NCBI GenBank assembly: GCA_002104905.1
Contig: MCFE01000036.1
Location: 62,001 to 126,000, forward strand
Origin: Basidiobolus meristosporus CBS 931.73
Lineage: Eukaryota; Fungi; Basidiobolomycota
Direction: 5' to 3'
Length of the DNA stretch: 64,000 bases
The translations under genes were made by a program, and so were the position numbers. This document shows positions 11,256 to 24,703 of the stretch, one piece after another. The notes under the pieces were generated by a model, which saw nothing but the letters and a program-made list of their open reading frames with translations, ran no database searches and was not told the origin of the DNA. Every line of letters starts with the position of its first letter. Positions within the stretch are counted from its first letter, which is position 1.

Positions 11256-12801
11256 GCTTAGAACAGTGCTTTTCTTGCTTTATTTACTTTTCATAACGCT
11301 CCAGACATATTTCTCTCAGTGAATGTCTACTGGTATGAATATACTATGCATTAATAAGTATCTTAGCTATCTTACCTATTCTGCTGTTTCCTTCTGTATA
11401 TGACTTTCCACCTTATACACCTACTAATATGCTGAATATCTTTAGATATCCAAATGTATGCACTACTCTCACTCTGATATGATTAAATATCTTGTTGTAG
11501 AGCTTCTGCCTCCTGCTAAGCACTCCATTCCTTGGCTTCCAGTGAGCTGAAACACATCCTAACATTTGGCAATGCTCTCCTATATAGGCCAAGTCTGCCA
11601 TATATTTCTCACCTCCACTGATTTCTGAGTGATTCTCTACCCAGAGTGCTTTGTCATGCCTACTTCCAGCAAATGGCCCACTAAACCAGATGATCTTACC
11701 CTCAATGTCAGACAGTGCTTGAAACTTCACACAGTGTGCCTTGTACTTGCCACAATAAAAGTGCCTCTGCCTTCTAGAAGATCTGTTGGTGCTGACTGGG
11801 AAGGTATTCAAGGAACTGCTAATATGGAACCTGTTGCTGAGCACTCTGGGACATGGAAGCCTATTGGAGCTTCTGAACCTAGTATTCCAAGCTTGCTCTA
11901 AGTCAATCATTCCCTCAGCAAGGTGGTTCTCCATTGCTGTCAGCTGCAAATGAAAGCTTCTAGGGCATTTGTTGCCATGGATGGTGGGATGAAACCTTGT
12001 AGGGCAATAGTTCTTGTAATAGCTGAGGCACTTAACCAAGGATCTCCTTGAGTAGATTGGGGTAGATAGTCCACAGTTCTTGGAATAGATCACCTCTAAT
12101 GTGTCAAAAGGAAATCCAGTGGTAGTGATGGGATTGATGAGAAAAGACCATTCAGATGAGTAAGTCATATTAAGATTGGTAGGTGATTGGGCTGAGTTAA
12201 TTAGAACTGATTCAGCATAATCAGCTTTATATATCTGATTTTCCATGCATTATGATTGAATTTCCATCAATTGCCATGTATCCCATCATTATGTTGCAAA
12301 AATCATCCTCAAACAATGACTTGGTATTTTTATCAGTGCTTTACTTACAAGTCTATAATCAAATAGGAAACCTGTGATTGCTGTGATCTGATCCATGTCA
12401 ATGTGATCCATGATGCATCATGCATAACACATGGAAAATTCAACAATCATACTGGTTTTCATATATATTTCATATAAGACCAGGTTGATGAGAATATACT
12501 ACTGTATAAGTACGTCAGTCCAAACTACACCAACACCCTTCACAAGAGTGCCCTGCATCGAGTCAATGCACATTGGGTCAACTCACATGCTTCAGAGCAA
12601 AACCACCAGAACTTGCCAAACTGCTCATTTAGACACAAGTCCATTGGAGCAGGCTGAGTTGCGTCAACAAGCAGCATCACATCAAACTCAGCCAGAGGCC
12701 ATGCCAACACATCAAGTTGCACCTGCACATGCCGTAACTTCTAACCATTGGCAAGTTACTTCTGGTAAACTGACTGATAATGGCCCACATGAAGTGCCTC
12801 T
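11256..12801 (-). mobile_element. Pangu-like PHIS transposon, truncated copy 4
   Basis: Colinear with 24670-25925 and 26650-26915 of copy 1, with most of the N-terminal half of ORF2 deleted; no terminal repeats retained. Confidence 0.85.
11413..12246 (-). pseudogene. DDE_Tnp_4 (PIF/Harbinger-IS5-like) transposase, N-terminal region in frame, C-terminus frameshifted
   Basis: TGFPFDTLEVIY HTH-like region, LNTFP (first D site mutated), FYCGKYKAHCVKFQ, GSRHDK, MADLAYIG, RVRVVHTFGYLK. Confidence 0.85.
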
Positions 12802-13914
12802 TGTGGTGTATAAGTCCAAGGGAGAGATAGGTCCAACACTTCTCAAGTGTTTTGTGTGTGGGGTGCTCATTGGGTGCAATAACCTCTGGCAAAAGCTTGC
12901 TAGGAATACCTGGGTTTTGTCTCTACACTAAAAAGAAGGGGAATAAAGCCACAAGCTTGTCAAGGGAAAACTATTGAGATACAATCCCCAAATTAGTTGG
13001 CATCTTAACAAAAGTATTTGCTGGGTTTAGCATCCTCCAAGATGACAATGGACTAAAGCTTCCAAAGTCAAAACAACTATAAACTTCACCAGCAGGGACT
13101 TGATAAGAATGCAACTGTGGCCAATAGTTACAAAGACAGAAAAGTATCTTTGCCTGTACAAGAACAAACTTGGGAAAGAATCAAATGTAATAAAAAATAC
13201 CTACTCTGAGTATTACTCACAAGTAGCACCTCCAAGGTCAGTTGGCTGTCAGCACAGTATCCTGGGAGTGTCCTCTGGTCTGGGATTCAAAGTTCAGATA
13301 GCAGCAGGTAGCAATGATCACACTAATCAACAAGTTGGTATATTGATAAAAGGGATGATGATTTATTGTTGAGAGATTGCCTCCCTTATATACTTTTCTC
13401 ACTTGCTAAGTGATTACTGATCATGGTGTTCCAGAAGGTTCCGGAGAACAATAGAAATTTTAATGACATCAGAATGAGCTAAGAATATTCTAAGTAGGTC
13501 TGGGAAGGTTCTAAGAGGCACAGCACATCCAACCAATCAGAAATCAATACTCTGAAACCTGTGTAACATAGGGATACCATATATGATATAGAAATGGTAG
13601 GGATGGTGACATGGTTTGGCATATGTGTCATGAGTAATGGTGCAGGTACTTGCCTAATATAGATGCACTGACCAATAGTAATCTTACATAAAGTGAGTGG
13701 TAACTTATACAGTAAGGTAAGCAGGGGTTACATAAAGTGGGGGTGAACTTAGGCAATAAGTTAAGCAGGTGTGGTAGTCAGCCAGCATATGGCATAGTAC
13801 AGATCAAGTAAGACAAATGTGATAAAACTATAATATGTGTAGAAGAGAAACAGGGAAGTAGAAAATTTGGGACTGAGCACATCTGTCAGTGGGTGTCACT
13901 GTGACCCCACTACA
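12802..13914 (-). repeat. LTR-like repeat family B (about 1.1 kb), no TSD
   Basis: tgtggtgtataag...ccccactaca; homologous to 17914-18976, 36371-37440, 37719-38765 and 50529-51190. The flanks belong to different, oppositely oriented Pangu copies. Confidence 0.85.
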
Positions 13915-14034
13915 ATGCAACCAATTGTGTAGGTGCAAATCTGATCAAATAGCTGCACTGGTGCCACAGATATATACATATGCAGGGTCTTGATTATAGG
14001 GGCTCTGTCTCAAATGTGAGACAACCTTGGTATT

Positions 14035-17000
14035 AGACTTGTTCCATTGTACCATGCCAGGGCGCGTGGCGCAATCTGTGGCTGTAAAGAACAATTGGGC
14101 GCAATATTATAGCTACCAGAGGGCAGGATTGTTCTTGGACAATTTTGCACTATGCGGGACAATTTTGCACACTATGGCACAATCCAACACAATGAGGTTG
14201 GCACAGATGATTGCGCCAACTTGTAATGTTTGCATCACGTGCATAATTGGATACCACTATTATGGCAGGTAAAATTTGGTATTTGGATATGTTTCTTTAA
14301 TGTAAATGGAAATAAATGTGTATCACACTATAAATACACTGATACTTACCATTTGGTTACCCTCACTCCAATTGGACGGTATCTCAGTGGTTAATTAGTC
14401 CAAAAGTATCCTGAAGCTGGCTGCCCCCAATTGGCTCATTGACTGCTAAAAAAGCTACCTGATTTGCCATCAAATATCCCATTTTGCCCATTGAGCAAGT
14501 AAATCCCTGCAATCACATCATCTTCTCCTGGGTTTTTTTCTCACAGGGATTACTACTGAAGCATTTGGTAGTGACTCACTTTGCACACCTATACTACTTC
14601 CTGGCTGACTATCATCATGGCTACTTGTGTATTTGAAGTCATTATTTTGCCTCCAAGTTGATGAGTGCAATGCTGCAGCTTGGCCGCGCTGAATTGCTCC
14701 AACTGAACCAACTGAACCGGCTTGTAGTGCCACATACTGACACGTTCTTTTACTTGCCAAGGGCTCTGGTGGTTGAGGCACTTCATGTTGGTCATCATCA
14801 GTCAGTTCACCAGAGGTAACTCTCTGATGGTCAGGCAAAACGGCATGCGCAGGCACACCTTGACGCGTTGAGATGGCCCTTGGCTGAGTTTGATGTGATG
14901 CTGCATGTTGACGCAACTTGGTCCGCTCCAATGGACGTGTGTCTAAATGAGCAGTTTGGCAAGTTCTCATAATTTTGCTCTGAAGCGTGCGCTTTGACTC
15001 AATGTGTGGCGTTCTGGTAAAGTGTGTTGGCGTGGTCTGGACTGACGTGTGCCGGCGTGCTGTGGTTGCAAGAGATGGTAGGGAATCCAGCAAGGCATGC
15101 TGGCGCAATCTGGACAATGTTGCTCATGGTCTGTATTCTTCCTCCTGAAGCTCACCATCTGATTCCTTAAGGTATTCACTTACCCTCTGTCTGATACTTT
15201 GGAGCTGTTGCCTGGATGAGTCCTGTGTATATTGCTCTCAGAAGCCACTTAGCTCTACTAATATATAACGTAGTACATTAGTCACTTGAGGCAAAAACTC
15301 ATTCAAAATCTCTTTGGTTCCCAAAGTTGAGGCACAAACAGATGAGTCCAGCCCATACTGTGCAAATTGCGCACAAAATTGTTCCCGCGTGGCTTCTTTG
15401 TCAAATCCCCTCACTCTCAGCTCATTCTTGATTTCAATACTTGTCTTGTAATATATCTTCTTACATACATTGGCTGGCATCTTGATGTAGAACTCATGCC
15501 ACAGCTTTCTACTCAAGTTCTTCTATCTTTGTTGACTCTGAAATATCTAGTTCTGCTAGATTAATCAGTAGTGCCCAAATATCTGTATGAAGGTTCATCA
15601 TAGACACTTGGGCCTTACTAAAATCATTTGGCAAGAACTCAAATGGATCTGACATTGACTTTTCTGGTCCGGACCGCGCTTGTGAGCTGGGGGATGGGTT
15701 TTGTCTGGGTTGTACTAAAGATGAGTTGAGGCTTGGTACGGGGACCATAGCAACAGATTTGGATACTTATACAGCAGTATATTGGCATCAACCTGGTCTT
15801 ATATGAAATATATAAGAAAACTAATGTGATTGTTGAATTTTCCATATATTAGGCATGATGCATCTTGGATTGCATTGACATGGATCAGATCACATCAATC
15901 GCAGATTTCCTATTTGATTATAGACCTATGATGAAAGCATCAATAAAAGTACCAAAGCATTGTTGGCGGATGATTTTTGCGACATAATGATGGGATACAT
16001 GGCAATTGATGGAGATTTAACCATAATGTATTAAAAATCAGATGAATAATGCAGATTGTGCCAAATCAATTCAAACTGCCTCCATACAATCATCCACTAA
16101 TTTTAATATGACTTGCTCATCTGAATGATCATTTCTTATCAATCCCATCACTACCACTGGATTTCCTTTTGACACACTAGAGGAGATCTATTCCAAGTAC
16201 TGTGGACCATAAACCCCAATCTACTCAAGGAGATCCTTGTTAAGCTTCTCTGCTATACAAGAACTATTGCCCTACAAGGTTTCATCCCACCATCCATGGC
16301 AACAAAAGTCCTAGAAGCTTTCATTCCCAGATGACAGCAATGGAGAATCACCTTGCAGAGGGTATGAATGACTTAGAGCAAGCTTGGAATACTAGGTTCA
16401 GAAGCTCCAATAAACTTCCAGATCCAAGAGTGTTCAGCAACAGGTTCCATATCAGGAGTATTTTGGATACCTTCCCAGTGAGGATTAACAGACCTTCTAG
16501 AGGGCAGAGGCACTTTTATTCTGGCAAGTACAAGGCACACTGTGTGAAGTTTCAAGCACTGTCTGACATTGAGAGTAACATCATCTGGTTTAGTAGGCCA
16601 TTTGCTGGAAGTAGGCATGATAAAGCACTCTTGGTAGAGAATCATCCTGAATTCAGTAGAGGGGAGAAATGTATGGCAGACTTGGCCTATACAGGAGAGG
16701 ATTGTCAGAGATTAGGATGTATTACAGCTTATAGGAAGCCAAGGAATGGTGTGCTTAGCAGGAAACAGAAGCTTGACAATGAGATATTTAATCATTTCAG
16801 AGTGAGGGTAGAGCACATATTTGGATATCTGAAGAGATTCAGTATATTGGCAGGTAAATACAGAGGAAAGTCATATATAGGAGAAAACAGCAGAATAGGT
16901 AAAGTAGTTAAGATACTTATTAATGCACAGTATGTTCATACAAGAAGACATCCACTGAGAGAAATGTGTCTGGAGCATTATGAAGAGTAAACAAAGCAAG

Positions 17001-17173
17001 GAAAGCACTATTCTGCGCAACATAAGTAAGATTGATTAAAATTACCAGTAACTGTATCATACCACTGGCATCATGGTAGATATTATAGTGCCAGATAGTG
17101 CCGTAGAGTGCCCAATCAATCCGGCACCATAAACAGGCTGGCACTATGTGGCACTATCCAACAGAACAAGTCT
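14035..17173 (+). mobile_element. Pangu-like PHIS transposon, copy 2 (complete ends, ~250-bp internal deletion)
   Basis: Ends AGACTTGTTCC.../...AGAACAAGTCT, TSD ATT (14032-14034, 17174-17176); transposase at 16331-16990 (+), ORF2 remnant at about 14518-15650 (-). Confidence 0.92.
16331..16990 (+). pseudogene. DDE_Tnp_4 transposase catalytic region, copy 2
   Basis: ILDTFP, FYSGKYKAHCVKFQ, GSRHDK, ADLAY, RVRVEHIFGYLKRF; the upstream N-terminal part carries frameshifts and a stop. Confidence 0.88.
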
Positions 17174-17913
17174 ATTATTTATAACAAAAGTTTAGTGATC
17201 ACTAATATGCAATGGCTGAACTTGAATTACAATAAAAAAAGCGTTATTTGGATCATGTCAAATGGTAACAATTCAAAGCAATTGCATCGTTTTCTCCTAG
17301 GTTTTTTCCTCACAGAGATTACAACTGAAGTATTTGCTAATGATTCACTTTGCACACCTGAACTACTTCCTTATAAACTATACTCTTGGCTACCTGGGCA
17401 CTTGTAGGCAGTTTTTTGCCTCCTAGTTAATGAGAGCAATGCTGGAGCTTGGCCATGCTGCATTGCTCCAGACAACATGACAGAACCTGCATGAAGTGCC
17501 ACATGCTGACATGTTCTTTTACTTGCCAAAGGCTCCAGTTGTGGAGGCACATCATGTGGGGCATTGTTAGTCAGTTCACCAGAAGTAACTTGCCAATGTT
17601 CAGGTATGCCAGTATGTGTAGGTGCAACTTGATGTGTTGGCATTGCCCTTGGCTGAGTTCAATGTGATGTTACATGTTGATGCAAGTTGGCCTGCTCCAA
17701 TGGACTCATGGTTGAATGAGCAGTTTGGTGAGTTCTGGTAGTCTTGCTCTGAAGTGCACATGTTAATCTGACATGTGTTGACTCAATGCAGGGCACTCTT
17801 CTGAGGGGTGTGTGCATAGGATGGACTGACATGTGCCAGCATGCCAACACTGCAGGGGATGATAAGTAATCTAGCAAGGTGTGTTAGCACAATCTAGAGG
17901 CAGTTGCTTGCGG

Positions 17914-18976
17914 TATGATGGTGTATAAGTCCAAGGGAGAGATACATCCAATACTTCTCAAGTGTTTTGTGTGTGGGGTGTTCACTGGGTGTGATAACCT
18001 CTGGCAAAAGCTTGCTAGGAATACTTGGGTTCTATCTCTAATCTAATGTGAAGGGGAATAAAGCCACAAGCTTGTCAAGGGAAAACTATTGAGCTACAAA
18101 CCCCAACTTAGTTGGCATCTTAACAAAAGTATGTGCTGGGTCCAGCATCCTTTGCGATGACAATGTACTAAAGCTTCCAAAGTCAAAACAACTGTAAACT
18201 CCACCAGCAGGGACTTGATAAGAATGCAGCTGTGGTCAATGTTTACAAAGACAGAAAAGTATCTTTGCCTGTACAAGAACAAACTTGGGAAAGAATCAAA
18301 TATAATAAAAGATACCTACTCTGAGTATTCCTCACAAGTAGTGCCTCCAAGGTCAGTTGGCTGTCAGCATGGTTTCCTGGGAGTGTCCTGTGGTTGGAAG
18401 TTCAGGTAGCAGCAGGTAGCAGTGATCACACTAATCAACAAGTTGGTATATTAATAAAAGGGATGATGATTTATTGTTGAGGGATAGCCTCCCTTATATA
18501 CTTTTCTTACTGACTAAGTGATTACTAATCCTGGTGTTCCAGAAGGTTCCGGAGAACAATAGAAATCTTAATAATATCAGAATGACCCAAAAATGTTCTA
18601 AGTAGGTGCTGCAAGGTTCTAAGAGGCACAGCACATCCAACCAATCAGGAATCAGTATTCTGAAACCTGTGTAACACAAGGATACCATATATGGTATGGA
18701 AATGGTAGGGATGGTGACATGGGTTGATTATGTGTCACAGGTACTGGCGTGGGTACTTGCCTAATATAGAAGCACTTATAGCTAGTAACCTTACATAAAG
18801 TGGGGGTAACTTATGCAATAAGGTAAGCAGGTGTGATAGTCAACCAGCTTATGGGATAGTACTGATTGGGTAAGACAAATGGGATAAAACTAAAATAAGT
18901 GTAGTAGAGATATAGGGAAGTAGAAAATAAGGGAATGAGCACATCTGTCAGTGGGTGTAACTGTCACCCCACTACA
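17914..18976 (-). repeat. Solo LTR, family B
   Basis: T(a)TGATGGTG...CCACTACA flanked by a 4-bp TSD GCGG/GCGG inside ORF2 of Pangu copy 3; removal restores the length of the empty site. Confidence 0.88.
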
Positions 18977-20083
18977 GCGGGCTGTACTCTTCCTCTTGAA
19001 GTTCACCTTCTGATTCCTCAAAGTACTCACTTACCCTACTTCTAATACTCCGGTACTGTTGCCTTGATGAGTCCTGTGTATATTGCTCTTGGAAGCTACT
19101 TAGCTCTACCAATATATCATGTAGTACATTAGTCATTTGAGGCAATGCTCATTCAAAATCTCTTTGGTTCTCAAAGTTGAGGCACAAATAGACATGTCTG
19201 GCCCATACTGTGCAAATTGCGTGCAGAATTGTTTGCGCACAGCTTGCTCATCAAGTGCCCTTACTCTCAGCTCATTCTGGATCTCAATACTTGCCTTGTT
19301 ATATATCTTCTTACATATATTTGCTTGCATATTGATGTAGAATTCATGTCACAGCTTTCTACTGAGATTCTTCTATCTCTGTCAACTCTCACAGGTATCC
19401 TGTTCAGCTAGATCAATGAGTGGAGACCATATATATGTATGAAGGCTCATCATAGACACTTGGCCCTACTAAAATCATGTGGCTAGAACTTGAACAGATC
19501 TGTCATTGACCTTTCTGGTCTAGACTGCACCTGTGAGCTGGGGGATGGATTTTGACTGGGTGTACTAAAGATGAGTTGAGACTTGGTATAGGGACCATAG
19601 TGATGGCTATGAATATTTATACAGTAGTATTTTTGCATCAACCTGGTCTAATATGAAATATATATGAAAACTAATGTGATTGTTGAATCTTCCAAACATT
19701 TTGCATGATGCATCTTGGATTGCATTGATGTGGATCAGATCACACCAATTGCAGATTTCCTAATTGATTATAGACTTGTGAGTAAATCAACAATATAGTC
19801 ACCAAGTCATTGTTTGAGGAAGATCTTTGAAACATTTTGATGGAGACATGTCAATTGATGGAGATTTGATGATAATGCATGGACATCAGTTAAATTAAGC
19901 TGATTGCACCAAATCAATTCAAATCACATCTACTCAGTTACATACCAATTTTGATGTAACTAACACATCTGAATGGTCTTTTCTCATTAATCCCATCACT
20001 ATCACTAGATTTCCTTTTGACACATTAGAGGAGATCTAAACCATGTACTGTGGACCATCTGCCCCAATCTACTCAAGAAGATC

Positions 20084-21314
20084 TGTGGTAATGGAAAGTA
20101 TTCCATTACTACAATATCTCTAAACCAATATTGCACTCATTTCTTTATTGTGCTTTTTGCTATTGTAACACACAAGTGAAAGATCAAGAATTTCCAACTT
20201 TGATGAACAAATGCTCCAGACCCTGACAAGCAATCCACCCAAGAATATTATGTCATACAGAACACGTAGTAGCCAACACATATTTCAAAATACGGCTCAT
20301 TTGAAGCAGTACTTAAGGAGTTATGACCAAAAGAGTCCAACTATTATATATACTATGCCTTATTGCTAGGATTACTATGGTGACTTTGATTGCGTGTAAC
20401 TTTTGAACCAGCCAATCAAATCACGTGAAATATTCACAGGTGCTGCGCCTATGTCCGATCTGCGCCACTGCAAAATTTTAGCTTTGTATCACGTGTATTG
20501 CTTGCGCAATTGCCCAAAAACTTTGATCCTTCAAAATTTTCATATATATAACTTCCCCAGCTGAAAAATAAAGAGAGAGCCTCTCTTTCCAGAATCTCCA
20601 CACTACAATTACACGTTTAAAGGTTATAAGACTTCCCCTGCATCACTTGCACTGTTGAGTATTCTGACTTTGATCGGTACTACATCAGTAAAGAGACTGC
20701 AAAGCCCACAAGAATCCAATCTAAGTTCCACAAGAAACTACCACTTTTCTGTCGGAAAAGTCCCCTCTAAGAAACCCCTTTACTCTAAAGACACCCCTTT
20801 AGTCTAAAGACCCCTTTAGAGACCCCTTTAAGAAACCCCTTTACTCTAAAGAAGCCCCTTTAGGCACCCCTTTAGTGTAAAGTCCACTTTAGAGACCACT
20901 ACAAGAAGCCCCTTTACTTTAAAGACACCCCTTTAGACACCCCTTTAGGTCTAAAGATCCCTTTAGAGACTTCTACAACACACCCCTTTAGGTTAAAGGG
21001 GAGTTCAGAATTTCCATATTTGGAAATATTTTCTCAGAAACGAAAGTGACTTCCAAATAAGGAAAAGTTACTATAAAAGTAAATAAGCCCATTAGTCAAC
21101 AGAAGGTCAGAACACTGCTGTAGAAGTGATAAACACTGCCTACAGTATATTTTGAGCCCAAGATTGAGGAAATTAGTGAAAGTTATATCTTCTATCGGTA
21201 TATCAAACTCCCAATAAACTATTTCAGTATTAGCATACTGGAAGTTGTTGTATATTGTTGATCAGCCTCTACATTGTAGAACAAGCCCCAAACTAATCAT
21301 AATACACCACAACA
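20084..21314 (+). repeat. Gypsy-C 5' LTR
   Basis: TGTGGTAATG...CACCACAACA; near-identical to 29738-30968. Confidence 0.95.
20770..21003. repeat. CCCCTTTA motif array inside the Gypsy-C LTR (also at about 30424-30657)
   Basis: About 11 perfect and 2 degenerate CCCCTTTA motifs, interleaved with CTAAAG/CTTTAG and closed by an inverted TTAAAGGGG. Confidence 0.9.
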
Positions 21315-21381
21315 AGAATTTGGTGGAGGACCTGCGTAGTTTGAACCTTTCACTATACAAGCACCAAGAAACGTTACAAGA

Positions 21382-22808
21382 ATGACCAATACACCACTCC
21401 CAGAGTTAATAGCCACTTTTAAAGGTGCCATTCCAGTAAAATTCTCAGGAGAGAATGTTACTGAGTTTCTAGAAGAGTTTAACAATATAGCTGCAGCATT
21501 TGAGCTATCACACAAGAACAAAATTCAGTTGTTTCCCTTTCTCTGTGAAGTTGAAGTATCAAGATTCTTACAAAGTTTGGACCCATTTAAGATATCTGTT
21601 GGCGCTAACTATAACTGGGACACTGCTCAACAAGCTATTTTAGCTGAGTACCAAAAGGAAGCACAGTTTGTTACACTAAATGAGCTAGAAATGCCTTACA
21701 ACAAGACCCAACCCTTGCAGAAGTACATTCAAAAGTTTGAGTCAAAAGCAAGGCATGTTGAAGCAGCTATTAGAATTCCAAGATATTATCAAAGAAACTA
21801 TTTTCTGATGAATATGCCTCCTGAAATACGTAATGCCATTAGCCACCAAGTTCAGGCTACAAGCTCCTACAACAATGTTAAACAAATGGTGTTAAACTAT
21901 CAATCAGGGAGACAAGTCATGGATTCCATTAATATTCAAATGAAGATTCCCAATCCAGCTAAACAAATTCTTCATTGTACAAATAACCCACAAGGTGATC
22001 AGGTTAATGAATTGATTGATGCATTAGGAAAACTGACGCTTAAGTTGGACTCTCAAAGTGTACCATCATCAAGCATCAACAAGGCAAGACCAGAAAATCC
22101 CAAAACAACCAGTATTATCCACAGCAAACCAAATATTGTGTGTACTGTGAATCTGCTGAGCATAGCCATTATGGTTATCAAATATTGAATATTGATATTG
22201 ACAGTCATAAGGTTATGATAGGTCGTTATGGGAAGATCTGTGATATTGCTGGAAACCCCTTGCCTATCAACAGAGGTTATGGTGGAATGAGGTCCTATGT
22301 ACTTGCTCAAGAAGAATCAAGTAAAAGCACCAAGACATCAAATTTCATATAAATCCAAAAGACTGCAGAAATTCCAAGCAATGAACGTTACGTACTCACA
22401 ATATCAGATCCATCAGGGCAGGTTCAAGAATATCTAATGGAAAAAGAGGAAGTTGAAGAGTTTAATTGCCTTATTGATAAGAGAAAGTATCTTTCTACAG
22501 AGAACAATCCTAAAAAAGTGTGTACCAACAAAAGAAATCAGCCAATTGTTGAAATACTAGTACAGCCAGAAACATCAAAAATCCAAAAAGAACACTTGCA
22601 ACCTCAATCTAAGTATGACACTACTGCAATTACACAGAAAGTTATCGACAAATTCTGGAAATCTCCATTTCCACAACTTAAAAATCAAGAAATGTTCACC
22701 GCCATCAGCAATCTCAGTCAACTACTACCAGAAATGGTTAAGCTTATGAACAAAGATATCCTGAGGAATTATCAAGAACAGTCATCAACAACGTTATCAA
22801 GTGAATAA
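21382..22808 (+). pseudogene. Gypsy-C gag region, frameshifted
   Basis: ORFs 21382..22188 (FSGENVTEFLEEF), 22140..22352 (degenerate knuckle CVYCESAEHSHYGY...GNPLP...GGMR) and 22437..22808. Confidence 0.75.
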
Positions 22809-22820
22809 CTACAATTTGAA

Positions 22821-24520
22821 GTGGAAAAAGCCTTTTACTCTATAACAACAGGAAGCTATGCTGCTACAATCAACAATGTTGAAGTGGAATGTGTTTTTGA
22901 TTCTGGATCAGAAATCAATGCTCTCACCGCTATGACTTTTGAAAAAATCAAATTGCCATCGACAGAAGTTGACTGGAATATGAGAACTGCTACAGGTGCA
23001 ACAGAGAAGATGCTTGGACTTTGTCACTCTGTACCAATTGAAATTGGAGGAATCGGGGTTACTTCTCCTTTTTTCATTGTTGCCAATGGACCCACTTTTG
23101 AGGTATTGTTGGGACAATCATATGAGAGAAAATCTCTTCTACAAGCTAATAATAGACCTGATGGAAGCTTATGGCTGACAATCACATCTGACAATCAAAA
23201 AAGAAGGGCAACCTTTTGTGCAGCAGAAGAAAATAATCCAAGAAATGCAGACACCATTCCAGTACAGAACATACAGGTTCATAAGGATATTTTGTTTTAT
23301 GATCAACACTTCATTCCATTGACAACAAGTAAGACAAATACCAAGTATAAGCCAGTTGCATTGAAAGCAAAGCCAGTATCTACTGGAATCTCACCATCTG
23401 CCCACAACAATCCTCAAATGGAGCCTTTGCACAAATATGACAAAATCAGACTCACAGAAGAGAAGCTCAAGGAGTTGGCTATTGGGACTACTCTTTCCAC
23501 TGAGGAGAAAAGTCTCTTTTTGACTATGCTACAATGCTATGACAATGTCTTTGCATTTAATGATGCACAAAGAGGATGTTTATCCACAGAGCTATTTCCA
23601 CCGGTTAAGATCCATACCGTTGAACATACACCATGGGCACTGAGATCATATCCTATTCCCTCAAGATTACTGAACAAAGTAATTGAAATGCTACAATCAA
23701 GATTTCAAAGTGGAGTCATTGAATATAGCTATGGACCTTATTGCAATCCCTGGTTTACACCGTTGAAGAAAAATGGAAGTCTACAGTTTATTCAAGATGT
23801 ACAGCATTTAAATAAGGTCACCATCAAAGATGCTATGCAACCACCCATACAACATGAGTATATTGAGTCATTTACTGGATATCCTCTGATTACAACATTG
23901 GATCTTTATTCAGGATATGACCAAATACTTCTGGATCCTACCTCAAGAGATTTCACCGCTATGGATACACCAATAGGACTCATAAGGATGACAAGAATTC
24001 CTCAAGGATGGACAAACTCTGTCCAAAATTATCAACGTGCAATGATTCAAGTTTTGGATGACTGTTTCCCTGAGATATGCCAACCATTTCTTGATGACAT
24101 TGCAGTTAAGAATAAGTCCAGAGAAAAAGATACATCGCATGTCTTACCTCAAGTAAGAAGATATGTTTATGATCACATAAGCACAGTTGAGAGGGTCATG
24201 AAGAAACTTCAAGCTTCTGGTCTGACTGTATCAGGAGCCAAATGCAAGTTTGGCTACAACAAAGCAATCATTCTAGGTGAACTTGTTACTGAAAAAGGGA
24301 GATTGCCTGATCCTGCAAAACTTTCATTGGCACTGAATTGGAAGCCACCAAGGAATATTCATCAAGTCAGACAATTATTAGGACTTACTGGTCTATTCAG
24401 AATCTGGATCAAGAACTATGCTCAAATTGCTAAGCCACTGACTCAGTTATTACAGAAAAACCAGAAATTTGAATGGCATGAAGAACAGGCAAATGCTATG
24501 TTGACATTGCTTGAGTCATT
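22821..24520 (+). pseudogene. Gypsy-C pol, protease and reverse transcriptase (interrupted after RT)
   Basis: VECVFDSGSEIN protease; LDLYSGYDQ, PQGWTNS and PFLDD RT motifs. The ORF tail after ...LLESL is Pangu sequence. Confidence 0.92.
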
Positions 24521-24703
24521 AGACTTGTTCCGTTGGATAGTGCCACATAGTGCCAGCCGGTTTATAGTGCCAGATCGATCTGGCACTCTACGGCACTATC
24601 TGGCACTATAATTTCTACCATGATGCCAGTGGTATGATACAGTTACTGGTAATTTTACTCAATCTTACTTATGTTGCTCAGAATAGTGCTTTCCTTGCTT
24701 TAT

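Noticed and set aside
20770-21003. CCCCTTTA array as a telomeric repeat or CRISPR array
   Set aside because: It is not CCCTAA or CCCTAAA, spacing is irregular, there are no unique spacers or cas genes, and it is part of both LTRs.
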